From positions 22,692,001-22,756,000 of the forward strand of contig NC_135763.1 in the NCBI RefSeq assembly GCF_052425735.1: a stretch of DNA of 64,000 nucleotides, written 5' to 3'. Below, piece after piece: positions 13,536 to 27,032 of the stretch. The notes below the pieces were generated by a model. It had not been told where the DNA came from. It saw only the letters and a list, made by a program, of their open reading frames with translations, and searched no databases. Position 1 is the first letter of the stretch, and each line of letters opens with the position of its first letter. The DNA comes from Oculina patagonica. Its lineage: Eukaryota. The translations under genes were made by a program, and so were the position numbers.

Positions 13536-14920
13536 CCTGGCCCCGACGCTGTTCAGCTTGATGTTCTCGGCAATGCTGTCTGACGCCTTCAGGGACTGTG
13601 ATCCTGAGCCCAGTTGCATAAAAATACTTAAGATTACGTGAGATTTTCTGCAGCCATTCCCTGTGCTCTGAGGGGTTTTCTTCCGTGCCTATAAGGAGTA
13701 ATCGGGAGAAAATGTACTAAAGAGCAGTGGAAAAACCAAAACGCTTTGAAAACATTCACCGGAACACAGAAAGCTGTTGCAGAAAATCGCCCGTAATCTT
13801 AAGTATTTTTATGCAGCCGGGCCCTGGCCTCGACATCAGGTACCGGTGCGACGGAAAACTGTTCAACCCCAGGAGGTTGCAGGTCGTCACGAAGGTGAAG
13901 GAGACTGTTCTCAGAGACCTTCTCTTTGCTGACGACTGTGCCATCAATGCCGGCAATGAGCAAGCGGAGATGGACAGTTTTTCCACAGCCTGAAACAACT
14001 TCGGCCTCACAATCAGCACCAAATTAAGAAGACAGAAGTAATGTACCAGCCAGCTTCGGACAAGCAGTACCACGAGCCGCAGGTAACGGTGAATGGTCAG
14101 GCACTACAGGCAGTTGAGTCTTTCACATACCTAGGCAGCACACTCTCTCGCAATGTAAACATTGACGCTGAGATCAACAACAGAATCTCCAAGGCATGCA
14201 GCTCGTTCGGGAGACTGCGGGAGAAAGTCTGGGAGAGAAAAGGAATCAGCCTCAATACCAAGCTTAAAGTCTACCGTGCTGTGGTCCTCACCACCCTACT
14301 GTAGGGTTGCGAAACCTGGACTGCGTACAGACGGCATGAGAAGCTGATCAACCACTTCCATCTGAGGTGCCTCCGAAACATTCTCCACATTCGCTGGCAG
14401 GATAAAGTCCCGGACACAGAAGTACTGAAGCAGGCAGACCTTCCCAGCGCCATAACCACCACGCGCAAGGCCCAGCTGAGATGGGCAGGCCACGTCTCTC
14501 GCATGCCAGACGATCGCATTCCAAAGCAGCTCTTTTACCGAGAACTCTACTCTGGCAAGCGCACAGTTGGAGGGCAACGAAAGCGTTACAAGGACAGTCT
14601 GAAAATCTCCCTAAAAGACTTTAACATCAACACTGATTCCTTGGAGTCTCTTGCCTCCGACAGACCCTCCTGGCGCCAATGCATCACCAAAACAGCCCAG
14701 GCAGCAGAGAAACGTAGGTCCCGTCAAGCCGAGGAGAAGCGAGCAGTACGCAAGGGAAGAGCCGTCAGCACCATCAGCACAGCCCCTACCCACTTCTGCT
14801 CCACATGTGGGAGAGGCTTCCTTGCCCAGATTGGCCTTATCAGCCATCTCCGGACTCACCAAAGAATCTAGATGTCTTATGGTCATCTTCGAATACGAAG
14901 GACGAACAACAACAACAACA
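13536..14920 (+). mobile_element. 5'-truncated, degenerate RTE-clade LINE
   Basis: RT motifs LAPTLFSLMF, LLFADDCA, FTYLGSTL, LRWAGHVSRM; C-terminal C2H2 finger CSTC...HLRTH; (caa)n tail at about 14905-14920. Contains in-frame stops and a frameshift. Confidence 0.9.
13607..13823. mobile_element. MITE nested in the RTE LINE, CTG target-site duplication
   Basis: TIRs agcccagttgcataaaaatacttaagattacg / cgtaatcttaagtatttttatgcagccgggcc; ctg at 13604-13606 and 13824-13826. Removal restores the RT reading DCDPGLDIRYR. Confidence 0.85.
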
Positions 14921-15407
14921 CCTAAGTTCAGATGCTAAAATCTTTCAACAGTTTGCAGATATTAAAAGTTGAATGCGTCAACCCAGGAAATATCTTGCCA
15001 GAAATTTGTTGCCAGCCCACTGTTCACGCATGAATTTTTTTTTTACCACTGTCATGTCGGGAAATTTTTTCTTGCATGCATGCGCTTGCAGGATATTTTT
15101 TTCAAAATCACCCATTCCCCCCTCAAAAGTAAAATGGTTGGACCCTAAAGTACTTCCAATTCAACAATTTTCAATTATTTCCTCATTTAATCAGATATTT
15201 GCATTTTCATTAGTATAATACTGGAATCGAATATGTGCCTCATTTGAAAAGATACTATGTGACTGCTACATAACGTACCTTGGCTACCACTGCCCCAAAC
15301 AGCGCCAGCAATCACAGCCAGTCACATGGACAAGATCGATGACAAGATTCTTTCGCTGTTCATCTCGTAGTATCGAGGATTAGCTTGGATTCTTGGAGCA
15401 TTTTGCT

Positions 15408-16343
15408 ATGAATGGTACAGAGAAACAGCAAAAAGCGACTAGAGCCCTCAAACTCTCATCCTATCTGTTGGCATTAAGACCATGGTCATTTTCAGCATCG
15501 TTTATTCCAGTTGTTTTAGGAGCTGTTCTGTGTTGGAAAACAACCGGGAACTTTAGCTTTATTTTACTCCTTTTAACAATGGTCGCGGTTCTTGGGGTAC
15601 ACGCCGCCGGAAATCTAGTAAACACTTATTACGACTACATGAAAGGAGTTGACAGTAAAGTTTCCGACGATCGCACATTAGTTGATCATCATTTGACTCC
15701 GAAAGAAGTTGTCAATTTGGGTGTCGTATCGTACGGCCTTGCCAGTTTTGCCCTCGTGTTTTTAGTCGGATTGTCACCAGCAAAGATGGAACATTTGTCA
15801 TTCTTGTTCTTCGGAGGCCTCTCTGGTTCGTTTTTATACACTGGAGGTGTTGGGCTTAAATATTACGGAGTCGGCGATATTGTAATTGTGATCACGTTTG
15901 GTCCTTTGGCAGTGTTGTTTTCATTCCTTACGCAATGTGGAAGTGTGGCGTGGTTTCCGTTGTTTTACGCGATTCCTGTGGCTTTGAGCACGGAGGCTAT
16001 TCTACATAGTAACAATACAAGAGACTTGGAGGCAGACAAGAGAGCCGGGGCAGTAACTTTGGCTATCATTCTTGGCCATCAACTCTCTTATGTACTATAC
16101 TGTCTCCTGCTGCTTGCTCCGTATGTTATATGTGCAGTGCTGTCTGTTAATCTGTCTGTACGTTTCCTTATACCCCTAACCACGCTTGGAATGGCATTTA
16201 AGCTGGAAAGAAACTTCAGAGAAGGAAAACTAATGTTATTGCCCAGACAGACTGCTAAACTGAATTTAATGTTTGGGTTGTTATATATTGTTAGTTGTAC
16301 CATAGCACCAATAGGTCTGCGTCAATGGAGACACATTACATAA
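15408..16343 (+). CDS. UBIAD1: UbiA prenyltransferase domain-containing protein 1 (menaquinone-4 synthase-like), intronless
   Basis: LALRPWSFSAS, HAAGNLVNTYYDYMKGVD..SDDRTLVD, SFLYTGG.GLKY, TEAILHSNNTRDLEADKRAG, LPRQTAKLNL: all hallmark UBIAD1 motifs. First ATG at 15408 (311 aa). Confidence 0.93.
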   Translation: MNGTEKQQKATRALKLSSYLLALRPWSFSASFIPVVLGAVLCWKTTGNFSFILLLLTMVAVLGVHAAGNLVNTYYDYMKGVDSKVSDDRTLVDHHLTPKEVVNLGVVSYGLASFALVFLVGLSPAKMEHLSFLFFGGLSGSFLYTGGVGLKYYGVGDIVIVITFGPLAVLFSFLTQCGSVAWFPLFYAIPVALSTEAILHSNNTRDLEADKRAGAVTLAIILGHQLSYVLYCLLLLAPYVICAVLSVNLSVRFLIPLTTLGMAFKLERNFREGKLMLLPRQTAKLNLMFGLLYIVSCTIAPIGLRQWRHIT

Positions 16344-16556
16344 CAGAATTTGTTATGTATTAACATTTGTCTCTACTGAGAGTACCTCTTCCTAACAAAC
16401 AACAAGTTGCCTTGATCATCTGCAAAATGCAGAAGATGTGAATGGTCAATCAGAATTATTTGTTGCAAGTTGATAGAACTGTTTGCAAATCTACCCATAG
16501 TTGGTAGAGAACAAGAAAACCTCTTTAATATCAGTGGCAGATCCAGACTTGTGTGT

Positions 16557-16766
16557 ACCTTATTGTTACTTATTTTTGCGTGAACTTAATTTTGCGAAAT
16601 AGAAAAGGCATATTTCGCGGAACTATATTTTTCGCGATTTGGCCAAAAATACGAAATTAACATAAAAAATACAATAGAAAACTTTTAAAACAAATTTTTG
16701 TGGGTAGTTAATTTCGCGATTTTTTGGCAAAAATTAAGTCCCACGAAAATAAGTAACAATAAGATA
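16557..16766. mobile_element. MITE
   Basis: Termini taccttattgttacttatttttgcg / cgaaaataagtaacaataagata; repeated internal ttcgcga motifs. Confidence 0.65.
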
Positions 16767-17352
16767 CTCCCAAAAACACTTAACAGGGAGAGTCACTGAA
16801 AAATAAAAGGCTTTTAACAAAAGTAGGGAGCCCTCCCCCCCACATCAGCCACTGAATATGAACATCACAACTGAGTGTCTGCCTTATAGAGGTAAGGATT
16901 ATGTGACTTCTGATTTCTTAAGAACCAAGTGAACTGCCCATATTGTAGAGTTGCCTGTATTGTGAAGGTATCTTTAAAGAGAGTTTTGACTGTAGTGAGA
17001 AATTTTTTTTTTCTTATTCTGTGCAGTCAGGATGTGGTCCAGGCAATCTAAAAGTGTAAACAAGAACTCAACCAAACTGTCAGATTTGATTTTGTTCCAT
17101 AATTGAATACAATCAAACCAAAACATTCGGGACTATGGATTTGATTTTTGAGCATAAACAATTATTATTTATTGCAGTAGACAAGAGTTTGCAAAAATAA
17201 TAATAACCTTTAATTAGAAAACTTTCCATCACATGTGTGGTTTACAAAAAAGTCCTAAGATAATGTACAGTAAAATGAAATATACCTAGAAATCAAAACT
17301 ATTATATAAAAACTAACTTAAAAAAGAGTGCCTTTATTGAATCACCATTTAA

Positions 17353-17803
17353 GGTCATTGCCCCGAAATAAAACTGAACATAGATTTTTAACCAAACTTC
17401 GCCTACTGGTTTATTACTTCAAGGGAACTTAAATTTTGAAATAAAAAAGGGGGTCACCAGATTCGTTTAGGAGCAGGACGACCATGTATATTCCATATAA
17501 TTCCTTTATAATTCCTCTGCGGGTACTGGCAAAGTACACTTTTTTAGCGATAATTTATTTTTCAAACAAATGAATTGATCTGATTTCATTTTACAGACAG
17601 AATTTGATCGCTACACCCAAAATATTAGAAAAAATTGATAGGTCACCAGGCTCGTTTAGGAGAAAGTGACAATTTACTTCTCTCGCGGACTAAGCCGCAT
17701 AGAAAAAAGCCGCCATTTTGTTGATGTGCTCGCGCGCGCGCGCGCTAATTATGCGTAAAATTCTGCGCAGTAAGGATGCGCAATGCAAAACAGGGCAATG
17801 ACC
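17353..17803. mobile_element. Non-autonomous DNA transposon with TTAA TSD (Kolobok-like)
   Basis: ttaa-ggtcattgccc ... gggcaatgacc-ttaa; internal duplicated gtcaccag..tcgtttaggag motif. Confidence 0.75.
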
Positions 17804-20282
17804 TTAAATAGGTGTTTGTGAATTTGATTGTGTTTGATTATGAAATGCAGTCAAACCCAATCATATGATAAGATTTAACTGGGTTTGAAGGATTTTATCA
17901 AATTAGACATTTGGTTGTGTTTGACTAGTTATGTGTGTATTTTATAAATATTATAAGAATACAGTAAATTCTAAAAAATAATGCCATAAAGACAAATTTT
18001 ATTTTATAAAGTTAATAGTGAGATGACAGAAGCAGTCATCTAGTGATTTCCATTGCAGTTCTTGTGATTATATGGGGTTTCTGTGCATCACTGGTATGTA
18101 CTTTTTCAATAATTAGAAACAATTTAAAAAATTGTTTCTAATTATTTCTTTTGAGTAAAGAGGGATTTTATCTGGTTTAGTTGGATTTTTTTTTGGCCTC
18201 ACGAGTCCTCATGGGCCCGATGAGGAAAAGTAAGTAAGAGTTGGATTTTTATACTGGGTGGTGTCCACTCACTGTCATGCCCTGAGAATAAGTAGTTTCC
18301 TACTGTAGTTATAGTTTTATAATGGTTTCACTGGTCAACGACATAGTCCAAGTATTTAAAATAACATACATTGGCTAAACTGTTTTTGTTTGTGTATGTA
18401 CTAAGATGAAGTCAAGGTGCACACAGGAACAAAAATGAAACTAGGCTGATCTCCTACACTGGAGATTATAAGATATTTTAAATTGTTGTTGAATTTCCTA
18501 ATCCTACAAGAAATGTTTAATAAATTTTTTAGCTTTGTTTGCTTGTTGTTCCATTTTAGACCACGTGATGTTACCCTTGAGAATTATTTCTTTCAACTTC
18601 AAACAAATTCACGTGGGAATGAATGAATAATTTCCAGATAAACAAAGGAGCAATTCTCTGAAGAACATCACATGATCTGAAATGTGCAATTTACATATGT
18701 GGCTAAACAGGTCTATTCTGCTACATATGCAAAGACACTTACCAATATTAAATAAATAAAAATGAGTGGAAAGGGAACAGTGTTTCTGTGTTATCTTGGC
18801 ACCATTTTCAAGAAAAATGTAGCAGCTGTAACATTTTATACACAGATGTCACATCCAAACAGTTGACAAGCATCAATCACAGGTTGCCATGAAATTCCGA
18901 AAATAAGTCCCCCTGAAAATCAGCTCCCCATCCCCCCCTACCAAACAAAAAAAAAAAAAGATCCTTTTGAGTATAAGCACATGGGCTTATGTTAACTTTT
19001 CCAATTATAGGGTGGCGTGGTGGTCTAACTGTTTGTTATTCTCATCGCCACAGCTGCTTGTCCTCTTATGAGGCTTTCCAAGGCCAGGGGGTTTCTGATG
19101 TTGCTTTGTCGCTCGTTTCCAACTCACTTGTCGTCTGTTTGGTGAGGAAAACGTTGTCGCTGTCACAAATATGCACCCTTTCAGTGCTATTTTCTGTCAG
19201 CTGTCGGTGCTGTGGAACAAGATTGTCGCTACAATTTTAGCAATTTTGGAGCAATGTTGCCTGTCGCCAAAACCCCTTGGAAGGTCTTTCTTATCTGGCT
19301 GACTAGGCTGTGCAAGAAACAAGTGGCTCTAGGGACACATGATTTGATTGGCTCCTTTTTAACAAAAGGGGACAGCCAATCAAATGAGCCCTTTTAAAAT
19401 CCCTTTGTTTTACTGGAGTTTGAAACGGTTGATTTATACAAAACACAAATTTCCACCCAAAATAAGTCTGCATATCATATGCAGATTTCTACTGTATTTT
19501 CTCAACCTTCCTTTCAGGTGGGCTTGAACCTGAAAAGAAGAACTTGTTTTAAATTTTAGGCTTAAATATTTATAAATAGTTTTTTATATGTTAAAAGTTG
19601 GTTTAAATGGAAATTTTGGGCTAACAGGTTCTTAAACTTTAGGTTCTTATATGTGGGTTTTTACTATACAAGCCAAGGGCTTATTTCATTTATTTAGGAA
19701 TTTAACGATTAGCGCACAGGTGTAAATTAACAGAAATGTAGCACTGCACGCAACATTTGAGTAGATCGACAGTATTTCGTTAAGTTACCCTTATCACTTC
19801 CGGCGACGTCGCGTCATCGATATTTTCGGTTGTCCCTTACCCCCTGGGGTGCTGGAACAACTTCCTTGGTTACTCTGCCCCCAGGGCAGGTAACCAAGGA
19901 AGTAACCAACTACCGCGCAAAGGCTTGGGCCCTAAGTACAAAACATATACAAAACTCAAAAGAACGGGAAAAGTTCCGCAATTTGTTAGTCCTTGCGTTA
20001 GAGTACAGTTGATGCTGTTTCTTGGTCCCCAGAAACGAGAAAAGTTTACCGAAGAACACATTTCAAAGTTGAAGTTTAATTGCTTGGACGTGGAAGGTAT
20101 GCTTGATTTCTTTGAGACACTTTTCAGAATTTTTTTCACCGTGTTTTAGCGGCGTAAGATTTCGACTTCCTCTTTGGCACTGTCTTTGGACGAACACGAG
20201 TCGATATATGAAAGGTTTTGAAATACTATATGTATTCATTTATGTTTATATACCTTTCATTTTTATAGAACTGTCTAATGAG

Positions 20283-23200
20283 ATGGCAAGTACATTTAAT
20301 TCTGGAAGGATTTTGCACAATAAAATGGAGGTAGGTTTAGAAAATGTTTTCGTCGTTTTTGGCTGGCTGATGTTATTCATGCAACTTCCCTTCAGCACAG
20401 CGTGGGGTGAAATTTCTCTGATCACTTGAGACGTTCAAAAAGATGTCGTTATACCCGAGTTTTCAAAGCACAACTCAGAATAAATATTTCCAAAGAGATA
20501 GTTTTAGTACATTATAGAAAGGCAGAAATACAGTTTCGATTGCAATCGGCCGCTGAGAGAGTTTTGCAGAGGTTGTTCTTAGAACTTCCTGTCTCGTCGT
20601 GGCAGATGTTCAAGTTGTATTTCATTCTCTTTTTTTTTCAGTGGTTCAACTATATGAGAACTTTCCAAGTGGACCAGTTTACACAGATGACTCATTGGAG
20701 CCTGCTTCACGCGAATCAACCTGGCGTTCCAGAAGCTACTCCAGCGCCTGGATATGAACGCTTGATGCATTATCCTCATGAAGTTTATATGGATCAGAAA
20801 ACAAATACAGCAAAGAGAGCAGGTAAAGCCGCTAAATGTGTATCGTGAGTTTTTCCTTATACTGAAGGCTTTCGTTTTCTGAATATCTACTCGCTACTCT
20901 AGAATCGAAAGCGGAAAATTTTCGAGCTGTGTCTTGTATTGAAGGCCATGTTTGTTCTCTGTCAAATTCGCAGCGTTAGAGGCCCCGCATAAAAAGATGT
21001 TCTTGGATGAGCTGTACGGATTTGGGGGAGATGAGGTGGAGGCTCTTTTTAATGGAATTTCAGACAACCCGGCTTTCAATAACGATCCAGAGAGATGTAG
21101 AGGTACTTTATATCGCTAAATTTATTTATTTGCTTATTTCTTTTTTTTTTCACGTTTTTTCCAGTTTTAGAAACTTATTTTTCGTCCCCCAGCAGCGTTT
21201 ATCTAATATGCATAGGTTTCGAAAGCGTTTCATGACTTTCGCTTAGCTTGTAATTTACACCTGTTTACTAAGACTTCCTGGAGATGCACATTTGTTTTTT
21301 TTTTTTTTTTCTTGGATATCTTGGTATGTAAAATTTATTTTTCCCTCTTTAGAGCTCGAGGCGCCGCCCACACTAGCCTCCGCTTTGAGGGGGCCTCATA
21401 TTCTGTCAATTTTTGTTGATATGATAATGAGTGCTGCTTGACAAAGACTGTATCCTCGGTCAAGACGTCTGAGCCAAAAAGCAGCTTTACTGTCCAGTTA
21501 CATCGCTACTGCACGATTTTAATAGGGATTTTTCAGCGTTTTTTTTTCTTCTAATTTTTCCACCAAAATTAATTAGCGTATTGCATGATACATGTAGATG
21601 TGGATACTATAGATCTATATAGACAGGTAGATAACTAGATTGATGGACTGATGGATTGGTTAATTGATTGATTACATGTCTTCATTGTGAGGTGACCAGG
21701 TGGGGTAAAGGCAAAAATAACATATCATTGTCAATCAGTTAGTGACACAAGCTAATTAAGTACTCAAAAAATATCTTTCCAAGTTACTCCAACAGGCATC
21801 AAATGTATTACCTTCTGTTCACTGGTCTGATATTTTACCGCTGAAGTACAAAAGAGACCCATGACAGCTAGGTCATTAATACAACTGTGGAACCCCGATA
21901 TAACGATCTTCGATATAACGATATTCCAGATATAACGATGAATATGTTATGTCCCGGCAATAGTAAAATGTATGGGACGGAACCCCGATATAACGGTTCC
22001 TTGAACGATGAATATGTTATGTCCCGGCAATAGTAAAATGTATGGGACGGAACCCCGATATAACGGTTCCTCGAAATAACGATATACTTTTACTGCCCCC
22101 TTGGCATATCGTTATATCGGGGTTCCACTGAACTAGGTTCCAATATGTGTTGAACCTAAAAACACAAGATTTGTAATCATATTTATAACATTAATTTGTT
22201 TAAGATGCATACACAGGTAAATTGTTTTTACCATTTTGTAGATATCGATCAACTTCCAGATCCTACAGTCCTATTCAACCTGCTGGATGAGGCGTCCAAC
22301 ACACCACACCCACCCAGCTGCATTATGACAATTAAAAGTGAGGCCCCAGAGTCCCCAGTTTGCGGCGACTCAGTGTACAGTTCATCTGTTAGCAGCCCAG
22401 GTCCTCACAGCCCGTCCATCAGTGAAGCTGGTTCAAACACCTCCAGCACTGATGAAGGCATACAGAGTGACATTAGTGACCTTGAATACATCGATGGTTG
22501 GTGAAAATCACATATTGATTACCACACATTTCTGTAGTTATTACACTGTACTTTCGAGAATTTGTTTGTAAATTATATTCAGTGGTTGATTAGTTTTTAT
22601 TGAAATTCTAAGAAGAAATTAGAGGGGTGTTGAATGGTAAATGCGAGACTTTGTGAGCAGCCAGACTGGCATCTTTTCTGCCATCCCGAGACCTTTTTAG
22701 CTTTCAAAAGAAAGCGAGACCACGAGAAGACGTCAAAGAAAAATTCGAGACGACGAGACCCCTGAAATTTGGCTAAAATTTTGCGCAACACGAATTTTTT
22801 TGAAGGACCATTCACTACCTCTAATTAGGTATGAATTTTGTGTAACCATTTACATGTCATCTATAAGTAAGTGTATGCTACTTTTCATTTAGAATTCTTG
22901 GAAAGCATGAGTTCTTCTGCAGGGTCATCCTTATTACCCAGAGAAACTGGAAAACAGATTTATATTAAACAAGGTAACTTTGAGTTTTCTTTCAAGATGC
23001 ATTAACTTTAACCTAAAAATGTTTTTGTGTCTCTTTCTGAGAACTAAATAGTTTTATTTACTTACAGAACCATCAGCTACACCACAAAAGCCAACAAAAC
23101 GAAGAAAGCGTGGGCCAAGGCCACTGGTGAAATATCGAGGTCAGTAAAACAAGTAGTGCAAGTTTGTTAATTGGAAGTCAGAAGAATTGATATAACAACT

Positions 23201-24043
23201 TCCCAGTTTTTCCCAGTTTTTTCTTTTCATGTTATTTGGTTTGTGTGCTTTCCATTTAATGGCTATACATGTAAAATTAATAAAAATAAATTCAGTCCAT
23301 ACAATTTTTATAGTACATACTTGTTAAATAACCTTGCCTGCGAAGCAGGCGTATTAAGCGAGCATATTCGAACACATTTTGATCGGGTGGGTGCCATCTT
23401 GGATTTTTACTCTAGGGAATAGGAGTGAGGCTGAAAAGAACAACTCTCTCTGCCCTCATCCAACATGGCGGCAAATCTACTTGATCGCGAACTAGTAGTA
23501 CATGTGCCCACAGAAAGCGCCTGCACTGCAGGCTATCAAAAACCAAAAGGTTATATTTTGTAAATCAAATATTCGAAAAATGGTTTCTTGTTGGTTCCTG
23601 TAGGTGAAGGTCCAATCCAACTGTGGCAGTTCTTACTTGAGCTGGTTACTTCACCTGACTGTTCAAAAATGATCAGGTGGACACATGATGATGACTACGA
23701 GTTCAAAATCCTACAACCCGCAACAGTGGCAAAGTTGTGGGGGAAGAAGAAAAACAAGCCTACCATGAACTACGAGAAACTGAGCCGTGGTATCCGCTAC
23801 TACTATGGCAATTCAGTCATTGAGAAGGTTCATGGGAAAAGATATGTGTACCGGTTTTTGTGCGACATCCCAAAGATCCTGGGCTATGATCCAATGGAAA
23901 AGAAATCTGAAGAATTTGTGGAAGATTCAGTGTATGGAGAAGCTATTATGTCACCTGAAGTCGAAGATTCGCTTGTTGCCTCTTCAGTTGAAGATGGTTT
24001 ACTTGCTGGATCTCTTGATTTCAGTGCACTTTTTCAGTACTAG
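20283..24043 (+). CDS. ETS-domain transcription factor; exons 20283-20330, 20642-20822, 20974-21102, 22242-22496, 22893-22973, 23068-23139, 23604-24043
   Basis: Last exon encodes the ETS domain [12 protein letters not shown]...[24 protein letters not shown]...KRYVYRF. Upstream exons have GT-AG sites with consistent phases and an open frame; they are less certain than the ETS exon. Confidence 0.82.
21885..22131. mobile_element. Tc1/mariner(pogo)-like MITE with an internal 70-bp tandem duplication
   Basis: Termini gtggaaccccgatataacga / tcgttatatcggggttccactg; internal unit repeated at 21934 and 22004. Confidence 0.75.
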
Positions 24044-26027
24044 TTAGTTTTTGTTGAGACCCAAAACGTTGTGTAACGTTCAGTTGTGTTACTTTGGTAA
24101 CGTTCTTTGTAGCTTGTATCAAGCAGTCTTTTGGCAGTTAGCCACTTGATGAATCGTATCGATTTAATCCTCAAAGATTTTGAGAAGCAAATTATATAAT
24201 CAGTCTATGAAACCCTTCTACGGAAGGGAAATTTATAGGTATTGTACAATTTTGTTTTCAAGATTTTATATTATGCATACTGTGTATGCACAACTACAAA
24301 CAAACAACATAAAACCTGATATTCAGTTTAATGTAATGATAAACCTTAAGTGTTTTTAGTGACCCTTCGTATGATGGAGGTGTTTCAATAGTTTACAGTT
24401 ATTAGATGACTGTTAGTAACAATTATTTTAAGCTCTATGATGCAGTTTGCTGGTATGTAATACCTTGTTATTTATAACATGCAAAGAAATTTGAAGTATT
24501 TGGCATTTGCTGTGACCTATTTCCAAAGAAGCGAAGAAAATTTAGTCTTGTAGTTTACAGTGTGTATCAGAAATAACCTCAGTTTTTTTATGAGGTTGAA
24601 GTAATAAGTGCTTAAGCTTTTGTTAAAATTAATGTTTCTTAATGCTTGCAGTATACTGTTACAATGTAATAGTCAACATTTGTAAGTTTCCATGCTGCTA
24701 CCAGGTAGCTTAAGGTATCAATGTATTATGTTACAATGTAATAGTTGCAATTTGTAAGTTTTAATATTGCTACGGAGCAGGTAGCTTTTTTTGTTGGTAA
24801 ATCAGAAATAATTTATTGTAAAGTTTTGCTTGTTAAATGAATTAAAATATGTCAATGCAAGTAAAGTATTCAATTTGTATCCATTTAGATTGTTATTCGG
24901 AATGTAGATTGTTACACAACTCTTCTGGCTGGCCAACAGTCTGCATGGCTGTGAAAGAAACTACAAGATTCCCAGAGGATGTCCCTCAAGTTTCTAGCAC
25001 CCCAAAGCAGCAAATGAGGGTTTAAGCATTAGGGTAGTCAGGGGCAGACCCAGTAAGTTCAGACAAGAGCCTGTAGCAGTTGCATGTGAGGCCCAGCCTA
25101 GAAATATTTTCCCAAATAAAGGAGAATGCTGCCCACCAAGCCCCTCTTAATCTGCCTATGCCAAACCCCATCTTCTCTGGTCGGAATAAAACTTCATCTA
25201 TCGTAGACATTCCTTTTTAAAAAGAAAAGACTCGACAGTATAAAGTTGAAGCTGGCCAACAGTCTGATTTAATGTTTTTTTCTTTTATTTTGACTTCGAA
25301 AGGAGGTCAACACCTCCATAGAAACAGAAAACTGTAAACAAACTTCAAGTATGGTAACACAAGAATAAGGAAATTTTACGTTGTGACAAAAAAGACTTGA
25401 CAACTTTAATTTGATTACCCGACATTGAACTGCATCTACATAACATGTATACTGCATTTTTCATATTTCAATATTAAGAAAACCCAACAAGATATATGAA
25501 CTGAAAAGGAAACCAACTTGTATTTTGTAAATGTCATTGAGTTTTAGGGCAGATGTAATTCGAGTAGTTTTTAATAACTGGAGACTTGACTTTTCTTTTA
25601 AAAACTACTTTGTGTGAAGACAGTGTTGTTCTTTTCTGTATAGCAAAATTAAGGGTTCAAGCACCCTACTGACGTGAATTTATTACTGCAAGAAATAAAT
25701 GATTTACCAATGACAAGTTTACAAGGCAGTTAGGGTTCCCCTGGTGCTAGGGTAACCGTAGCACTTGGTAAGCTAAGGGTTACCCCCACACCAGGGTAAC
25801 CCTAGCTGCCTTATAAACACGCTGCTAGGGACAACTAACCTACTCAGTACAACTTTATTTTGGCTCCAAGAAGCAGGATATGGTAAAAATACTGACAAAA
25901 TCAACAACCAAGAAATTATCATTGTCATTAAAAATTTGTATTTGCTATGGAAAGAAATTATTTTTGAATAACAGCTTTTTGCAATAAAGTTTTTGATAGA
26001 AATGTTTGCTACCACTGTTGCTGCATA

Positions 26028-26356
26028 CCGTAAAATTCCGGTTATAAGCCCCCCCGGTTATAGGCCCATCTACCTGGAAACAAAAAAATACATCCGATTA
26101 TAACCCCCCACCCCCCCCCCCCGGATATAAACCCCCCCTCTGCCAGATGAGAGTACCGAAAAGGGCTAAATGTTGCTTTATTATGCGTTTTTAACTAAAA
26201 AACGCATTCCGATCAACACTCCCGTGGCCTGTTTTGAAACGTTTTTTTTTTTTTCGCTTATAAGCCCTCCCGGATATAAGCCCCTCCACTTATAAGCCCA
26301 CCCAAAAACCCTCATGAAGTTGTATAAGCCCAGGGCTTATAACCGGAATTTTACGG
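26028..26356. mobile_element. Tc1/mariner(pogo)-like MITE
   Basis: ta-ccgtaaaattccggttataagccc ... gggcttataaccggaattttacgg-ta; internal tataagccc repeats. Confidence 0.85.
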
Positions 26357-27032
26357 TATTCAATTACCGGGACCATAATTATTTTTAGTTTCTCTGACAA
26401 ATGTGTTCCAAACTTAAAAAAATAGCATTTGGGATTTTACTGAGCTTAGAAATTGAAATCTGATTTTACTGAAACTGAAACTGTGATAAAAAAGCAATAT
26501 AGCTTTTGACATAAAGGTTATCATCTATTCTGTTGCTTTATTTACAACGTTAACTGAAGCATATATGCATCAGTTGTCCCAGAGGGTTGGGTTACCCTAC
26601 CTGAAAAGTTTTGCTAGGGCTTTTGCCCCTGCTAGGTACATGTACCTAGCAGGGGCAAGGGGGGGGGGGGAGGGGGCAGTTGCCCCTGCCGGGAAAACTA
26701 AAAAACAAAGAAAACTAAAGAAAATAAAGAAAAACTAAACTAGAAAAATCCAGTTACCAGCGCCAGGAAAACTTGCCCCCGCAGACAAAAAATCCTAGGT
26801 ACGACCCTCTTTGCTTGTAAACCCAGGCTAACTTACGTAATACTTTTGCTAGGGTTTTCCTGGCAGTAAGGTTACCCTACCTCCTTGTAAGCAGGGCCAA
26901 ATCAAACCGTGAGTAATACCATGATACGTCAAAATTTAATTCACAAAAAGTATTATGGAAAAAAAATTAATATATATTTTAATTTAATTACCGGTAGTCT
27001 AAATACCCACTACAATGGATGACAGCTTATGA

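Noticed and set aside
15408-16343. Horizontal transfer of a bacterial menA/ubiA gene, suggested by lack of introns
   Set aside because: The motifs match animal UBIAD1 closely and the flanks are typical host DNA.
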